From contig PFEU01000018.1 of NCBI GenBank assembly GCA_002793515.1, positions 32,203 through 96,202 of the forward strand: a stretch of 64,000 bases of DNA, written 5' to 3'. This document shows positions 58,190 to 64,000 of this stretch, piece by piece. A program made the position numbers and the translations under genes. Each line of letters opens with the position of its first letter. Position 1 is the stretch's first letter. The stretch is from Candidatus Uhrbacteria bacterium CG10_big_fil_rev_8_21_14_0_10_48_16 (GTDB lineage: Bacteria; Patescibacteriota; Patescibacteriia; UBA9934; GWF2-40-263). Below the pieces are notes generated by a model. That model was not told the DNA's origin, did not search any database, and worked only from the letters and a program-made list of their open reading frames with translations.

Positions 58190-58645
58190 CTACTGACTGA
58201 CGACTCGTATGTCAAGAATATCACCCATTTTTACAGAATGGCTGTTGATAAACCCAGCAGAAACCTCTAAAACCGCATCTACGGGAGCGGGAGACGTATA
58301 CACCGTCACGACAGGGTCCTCAGGCTGTGCATCCTCGACAAATCCAATAACCTCCCCCTCAAGCAACCAGATAATGTCGATGGGAAAGTTCATCTCCTTC
58401 ATCCAATAGCGCTGGATCTCACGCGTCTCATGAAGAAACAGAAGTCCTTCGCGCTCCTCTAGGTGCTCGCGTCCAGACAAACCCTGAACGCGTTCCGCAT
58501 GCTCATCAGCAATATCAACCACGACTTCTGCTCCATTGGGAAACACAACGATGGATCGTTCCGTCTCAGGGGCTTGAGACGAGCGGAGGGACAACACTCC
58601 CATCACCCCAAGAATAAAAAAGATGGGAAGGATGAGTTTACGCAT
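58190..58645 (-). CDS. DUF192 protein
   Basis: GLSGRE, GLLF, WMKEMNFPIDIIW, VLEVSAG. Confidence 0.92.
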   Translation of the reverse strand: MRKLILPIFFILGVMGVLSLRSSQAPETERSIVVFPNGAEVVVDIADEHAERVQGLSGREHLEEREGLLFLHETREIQRYWMKEMNFPIDIIWLLEGEVIGFVEDAQPEDPVVTVYTSPAPVDAVLEVSAGFINSHSVKMGDILDIRVVSQ

Positions 58646-59672
58646 GTCGATCTTTTTGTACGAGGAGCAATGCCCCAAGTCCCATGATGAGCGAGAGGAT
58701 CAAGAGTGCCACAAGCTTCTCCTGACTCTGAAGAAACAACGCGCTCACACCGAACGCCGTCGCAATCGTTACATAGAGAAGAACAATCGGCGTCTGACCC
58801 CATCCGAGTTTTAGAAGGCGATGATGCAGATGCTTTTTGTCTCCTTTGAATATTCGTGAAAATCCTCCTTCTTGTAATCGACGACTGACCACCCAGATAG
58901 CATCTAGAAGAGGAATTCCTAAAACAAGAAGCGCCGTTGCAACTTTCCCTCCCGAAATCACGGCAAGGACTCCCAACATATATCCCACAAAGACACTCCC
59001 TCCTTCTCCGAGAAAAATGGAAGCGGGATGGATGTTCCAAAAAAGAAAACCGACATATGCCCCAAGCGTCACCACAGAAAGGAGGGCGACGTCCGGCTGA
59101 AAATACATTGATGTCAATGATAACAATAGAATCATCAAGGCTCCAACACTTGTGACAGACGTAGCGAGACCATCGAGGCCATCGAGAAATTTTGTTGTGT
59201 ACATGACCACCAGCAACCAGATAAATACCAGAATATTTGATTGCCACGATGTGAGGATGAGCACGCCTCCAAACGGATTTGTGAGCTTGTCTACCTCGAT
59301 TCCAAACCCGATCGCGACACAGGTCGCGAGGACCGGAGCGATAATCGCTGTTCGTGGCGGGAGCTCGTATCGGTCATCTAAAAACCCCCCTATCATCAGA
59401 ATACATCCCCCGAGAATCACTCCGATATAATGATTCACGGTAATGGCTCCAGATGTCAGAAGGTCTCCGGAAGCGAGGATCCCGATCGTCGTTACAGCAA
59501 TGGCGAGGAAAATGGCTATTCCCCCGAGCTGGGCCACGGGACGCTGATGAATCTTCCTCGAGATAGTCGGCTTATCAATGATATTAAAACGAATCGCCAA
59601 TCGTCTGACGACAATCGTTAGAGAAAATGAGAGGACAAATGAGAGGGCTCCCCAGAGAATAAGCGTGGTCAT
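58638..59672 (-). CDS. WecA/TagO-type polyprenyl-phosphate GlcNAc-1-phosphate transferase
   Basis: RKIHQRPV..LGG, GFLDD, DGLDGL, FLGEGG, HLHHRL. Confidence 0.9.
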   Translation of the reverse strand: MTTLILWGALSFVLSFSLTIVVRRLAIRFNIIDKPTISRKIHQRPVAQLGGIAIFLAIAVTTIGILASGDLLTSGAITVNHYIGVILGGCILMIGGFLDDRYELPPRTAIIAPVLATCVAIGFGIEVDKLTNPFGGVLILTSWQSNILVFIWLLVVMYTTKFLDGLDGLATSVTSVGALMILLLSLTSMYFQPDVALLSVVTLGAYVGFLFWNIHPASIFLGEGGSVFVGYMLGVLAVISGGKVATALLVLGIPLLDAIWVVSRRLQEGGFSRIFKGDKKHLHHRLLKLGWGQTPIVLLYVTIATAFGVSALFLQSQEKLVALLILSLIMGLGALLLVQKDRHA

Positions 59673-62281
59673 AATTCAACCCCCTTTTCAATACGAATCT
59701 TTCCACCTGCCTCAAGAACAATCCTATCGCGCCGTCTGACGTTTCCTTCCAGAAGCGCATTTGCAATCGCGTTATCAACCTCTTCTTGAACCAGACGTCT
59801 CAGTGGTCGTGCGCCAAACTTAGGATCAAAGCCACGCTCAGCCAGCTCTGCCACGGCTGACTCCTCTGCCGTAAATCCAATCCCTTTTGGTTCCAAGCGG
59901 GTCGCAACAGCAGACATGAAGATCTTGGTTATCTCCTTTACATCGTCCGGGGTAAGTGGCTTAAAGACGATAATTCCATCAAAACGGTTTAAGAATTCAG
60001 GTCGATAAATCCCCTGAAGTTCTTCTTCGATTAACTGCGTCTTGATTGTCTCCATGGAATCTCCTCGAGCGACTGCGTCTTGAATGTACTGAGTTCCTGC
60101 GTTCGAAGTTGAAATAACAATGGTATTTGTAAAATCAATCGTGCGTCCCACGGAATCCGTTAGACGACCATCTTCAAATACCTGAAGGAATACATTGAGA
60201 ATATCAGGATGCGCCTTTTCGAGTTCATCCAGAAGCACGATGGCAAACGGCTGTTTACGCACCGCCTCTGTCAATAGCCCTCCTTGGTTTGACCCGGGAG
60301 CTCCAAGAAGCCGATTAATACTCGACGCTTCTTGATACTCAGACATGTCCATGCGGATCATCATGTTCTCATCACCGAAATAGGTTTCAGCCACGGTCTT
60401 TGCCAGCTCCGTCTTTCCCACACCTGTCGGACCAAGAAAAAGGAAGGTCGCGATTGGGCGCCCCTGCGAACGCAAATCTGTGCGAGCCCGTCGAAGAGCG
60501 GAAGCTACCGCCTTAACGGCTTCATCCTGACCAATCACGCGTCCATGCATCTTATCTTCCAATGAAAGTAGCTTGTCCTTTTCATCTTCGGCAACGGACA
60601 TGGTTGGAATCCCTGTTTTTGAGCTCACAATCGAGGCAACATCCTCCCCGGTCACAAGCGCATCTTCTCCCTTTGTTTTTGAAACTTGAAGACCGGCTTC
60701 TCGAGCCACCTCAATCGCTTTCTTTGGAAGATACGTTTCATGCATGTAGCGATCTGAAAGAGTCACCGCTTTCTCAACCGCTTCATAAGTAAAAATCACA
60801 TTATGTTCGTACTCGATGCTTCCAATTTTTGACTGAAGCATGTGAATCGCAGATTCCTGATCTGGCTCAAGCAGATCCACCTTTTGAAACGACCGTCCTA
60901 AAATAGAGCGCTCAACAAGACGTGTGTATGCCTGCGAAGTGGTTGTGGCAATCGCGAACGTCCCACTTCGAGAGAGGAAATCGACAAGCGTTGCTCCAAG
61001 ATCCGTGGCCTCTGTGGTTCCCTGTGCCACAAGCTGATCAATGTCCGTAATCGCGAGAATAATATTTCGAGAACGAGCGACTTCAGAAAAAATTTGCAAG
61101 AGTCGCTCCTGTGCCTGTGAGGGATTCGCTCCGGAGACAAGATGCGGGATGGAAATGCGAACCAGGCGCCGATCCTGAAGAATCTTCGGAACTTCTTCTC
61201 TGACCATCAGGTCCGCAATCCCGGCGAGGACCGTGGATTTTCCAACCCCCTCTGGCCCCACAAGAACGACACTTTGACGTCCGCCTTCAATGACGCGAAA
61301 AATTTCTTCTACCTGTGACTCTCGATCAATCATCATTGGCAGGCGCCCACTCACGGCGGCAGTTGTCAGATCTTCTGAGACCGCATCAAGCATAGGAGTG
61401 GCGATACTCGTCATTGCGCGGTTCATCGGACCTGTTGGTTTATACATGGCGGCCTTGCGAGATTGTTTGTAACGCTCACGCATGTTCTCATGAATCCGCA
61501 ACCAGGCAATCATGTTATGAAACTTCGTCTCGTCGACACCCTTATCAAGGAACAATTCTCGAATAAATGCATCTTGCTCATACACCCCCGCAAAAATCTC
61601 GAGGGAACTTATCTCGCTTCGATCTTCGGATACCGCCCGACGAAATGCTTCGAGAAACACACGCTCTCCTTCCAAAGATAAACGTGGGGGCTTCCCAAGC
61701 TCTCTGGTTTGAAGACGGCGTCCAACAGCGTCTTGCAAATCCGCAAAAGAAAGACCTAAACGTCCGAAGACGACCGAGACATCCGAAGCATCTATGGTTC
61801 CGACAAAAATATGAAGGAGTTCGACATTCTTGTGACCAAATTTTGTTGCGAGCTCAAACGCCCGTTCGATCGAGGCGGTCGCGTCCGCAGAAAATAGATC
61901 CGCAAGATTCACATGTGTCCCCTCGCTTTGAAACGACACAACCTCTGGAACCTCCTCTGATCCTGTTGGCATGACGGCCGAGAGCGTTCCTACAAGCGAC
62001 TGATGGAAGTAAAGAAACGCCACAAATAACCCTGTGGCATACAGAAAGACTCCCGTCCATGAAGGGTCAACCCAAAACGCACTCGTCAACACCGAAGAAA
62101 ATCCTTGTACAAACAACAGAACGAGCGTGATCAATCCTGCCACCACCAACTTTCCAAACGCCACTCCACTTAACAGTTTTGAGGCCGAGAGTCGAGCGGA
62201 ACGTTCTCGAACATGTTCCTCGTCCATAAACGCCGACCAGGAGTAGCTCTTTCCATCAAGTTGTACTTCAAATTCTGGCAT
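59669..62281 (-). CDS. ClpA/B-type AAA+ ATPase with N-terminal TM helices
   Basis: Two N-terminal TMs, Clp-N repeats, GPEGVGKS, GPTGVGKT, DELEKAH, RPEFLNR, GARPLRR. Confidence 0.92.
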   Translation of the reverse strand: MPEFEVQLDGKSYSWSAFMDEEHVRERSARLSASKLLSGVAFGKLVVAGLITLVLLFVQGFSSVLTSAFWVDPSWTGVFLYATGLFVAFLYFHQSLVGTLSAVMPTGSEEVPEVVSFQSEGTHVNLADLFSADATASIERAFELATKFGHKNVELLHIFVGTIDASDVSVVFGRLGLSFADLQDAVGRRLQTRELGKPPRLSLEGERVFLEAFRRAVSEDRSEISSLEIFAGVYEQDAFIRELFLDKGVDETKFHNMIAWLRIHENMRERYKQSRKAAMYKPTGPMNRAMTSIATPMLDAVSEDLTTAAVSGRLPMMIDRESQVEEIFRVIEGGRQSVVLVGPEGVGKSTVLAGIADLMVREEVPKILQDRRLVRISIPHLVSGANPSQAQERLLQIFSEVARSRNIILAITDIDQLVAQGTTEATDLGATLVDFLSRSGTFAIATTTSQAYTRLVERSILGRSFQKVDLLEPDQESAIHMLQSKIGSIEYEHNVIFTYEAVEKAVTLSDRYMHETYLPKKAIEVAREAGLQVSKTKGEDALVTGEDVASIVSSKTGIPTMSVAEDEKDKLLSLEDKMHGRVIGQDEAVKAVASALRRARTDLRSQGRPIATFLFLGPTGVGKTELAKTVAETYFGDENMMIRMDMSEYQEASSINRLLGAPGSNQGGLLTEAVRKQPFAIVLLDELEKAHPDILNVFLQVFEDGRLTDSVGRTIDFTNTIVISTSNAGTQYIQDAVARGDSMETIKTQLIEEELQGIYRPEFLNRFDGIIVFKPLTPDDVKEITKIFMSAVATRLEPKGIGFTAEESAVAELAERGFDPKFGARPLRRLVQEEVDNAIANALLEGNVRRRDRIVLEAGGKIRIEKGVEL

Positions 62282-62285
62282 AGCG

Positions 62286-62660
62286 TTACAGAACACCAAT
62301 AAGATGTGAAACAAATCCGATGACGCTCACAGGGAGCAGGAAGACGTACACAACGGCCAAAATTCCAGCGACAACTGTCCAGAGCAACACCCCAAGAGAC
62401 CGCGCGAGCAACACAAAGAATCGCACAATAAAACTAATCAGACGTCCTGTGATAGATGCATCTCCATACATCGGCACAAAGAGATTCTTTGACCACACAT
62501 CCACCCCGAAATATCTGACACTTTCTGCAACGGAATGCAAAAGTTTCCCAAACGTCTGTTTAAGACCAGTGGTGTACCACCACAAAGGCAACCGTCCAAG
62601 TTCTTTCATCGACTCTAGAACGGCCGTCTTAAAAATCAGAACATTCGAGGGTTTTGTCAT
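62286..62660 (-). CDS. Small membrane protein upstream of the Clp ATPase
   Basis: PLWWYTTGL, NLFVPMYGD..GRLISF; two TMs. Confidence 0.75.
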   Translation of the reverse strand: MTKPSNVLIFKTAVLESMKELGRLPLWWYTTGLKQTFGKLLHSVAESVRYFGVDVWSKNLFVPMYGDASITGRLISFIVRFFVLLARSLGVLLWTVVAGILAVVYVFLLPVSVIGFVSHLIGVL

Positions 62661-62688
62661 GTCATTATAATATCACAAAAACCGCCCG

Positions 62689-63903
<1,215 letters not shown>

Positions 63904-64000
63904 TCATTTGGTGGCAAGGCCATCACCCTCCAAAGTGGGGACGAAGTCCTCATCGAATGTCCGAACGGTCGGGCGTGGCTGATGCTCCTCTTCGGTGTGC
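63904..64000 (-). CDS. 3' end of a GC-rich ORF (partial; possible module G)
   Basis: ...HTEEEHQPRPTVRTFDEDFVPTLEGDGLATK*, stop at 63904-06. Confidence 0.45.
   Translation of the reverse strand, partial: HTEEEHQPRPTVRTFDEDFVPTLEGDGLATK

Overview
Chromosomal segment of a Patescibacteria (CPR, Parcubacteria/ABY1-like) bacterium using genetic code 11; the taxon is inferred from gene content. It is mostly minus-strand housekeeping DNA: a surface-glycan cluster, the infA-rpmJ-rpsM-rpsK-rpsD-rpoA-rplQ-rplM-rpsI operon, alaS, murJ, era, mnmA, uppP, secDF, secA, murBC, glyA, folD, dnaB, recR, rplU and tgt. Three accessory layers sit on this backbone. (1) Six, probably seven, dispersed GC-rich single orphan genes are wedged between housekeeping genes. 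Each has its own TTGAC(A/G/T)-N17 promoter (-10 box TA[CG][CG]TT in four), a Shine-Dalgarno site, often a 5' hairpin, and a terminator, whereas many host genes look leaderless or SD-less. (2) An AT-rich integron-type cassette array at about 52900-55110 has attC sites but no integrase in the window, and carries two HEPN-like genes and a frameshifted SET-domain gene. (3) Small palindromic elements: a 128-bp MITE with 18-bp TIRs and a 5-bp TSD inserted in the glyA terminator loop, and an in-frame palindromic repeat inside tgt. Other oddities are RpoA lacking the alpha-CTD, SecD with inserted parvulin domains, a compact PEP-synthase-like ATP-grasp/His-swivel protein and a divergent kinase-like orphan. 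All protein calls come from motif recognition by eye; no database search was run.
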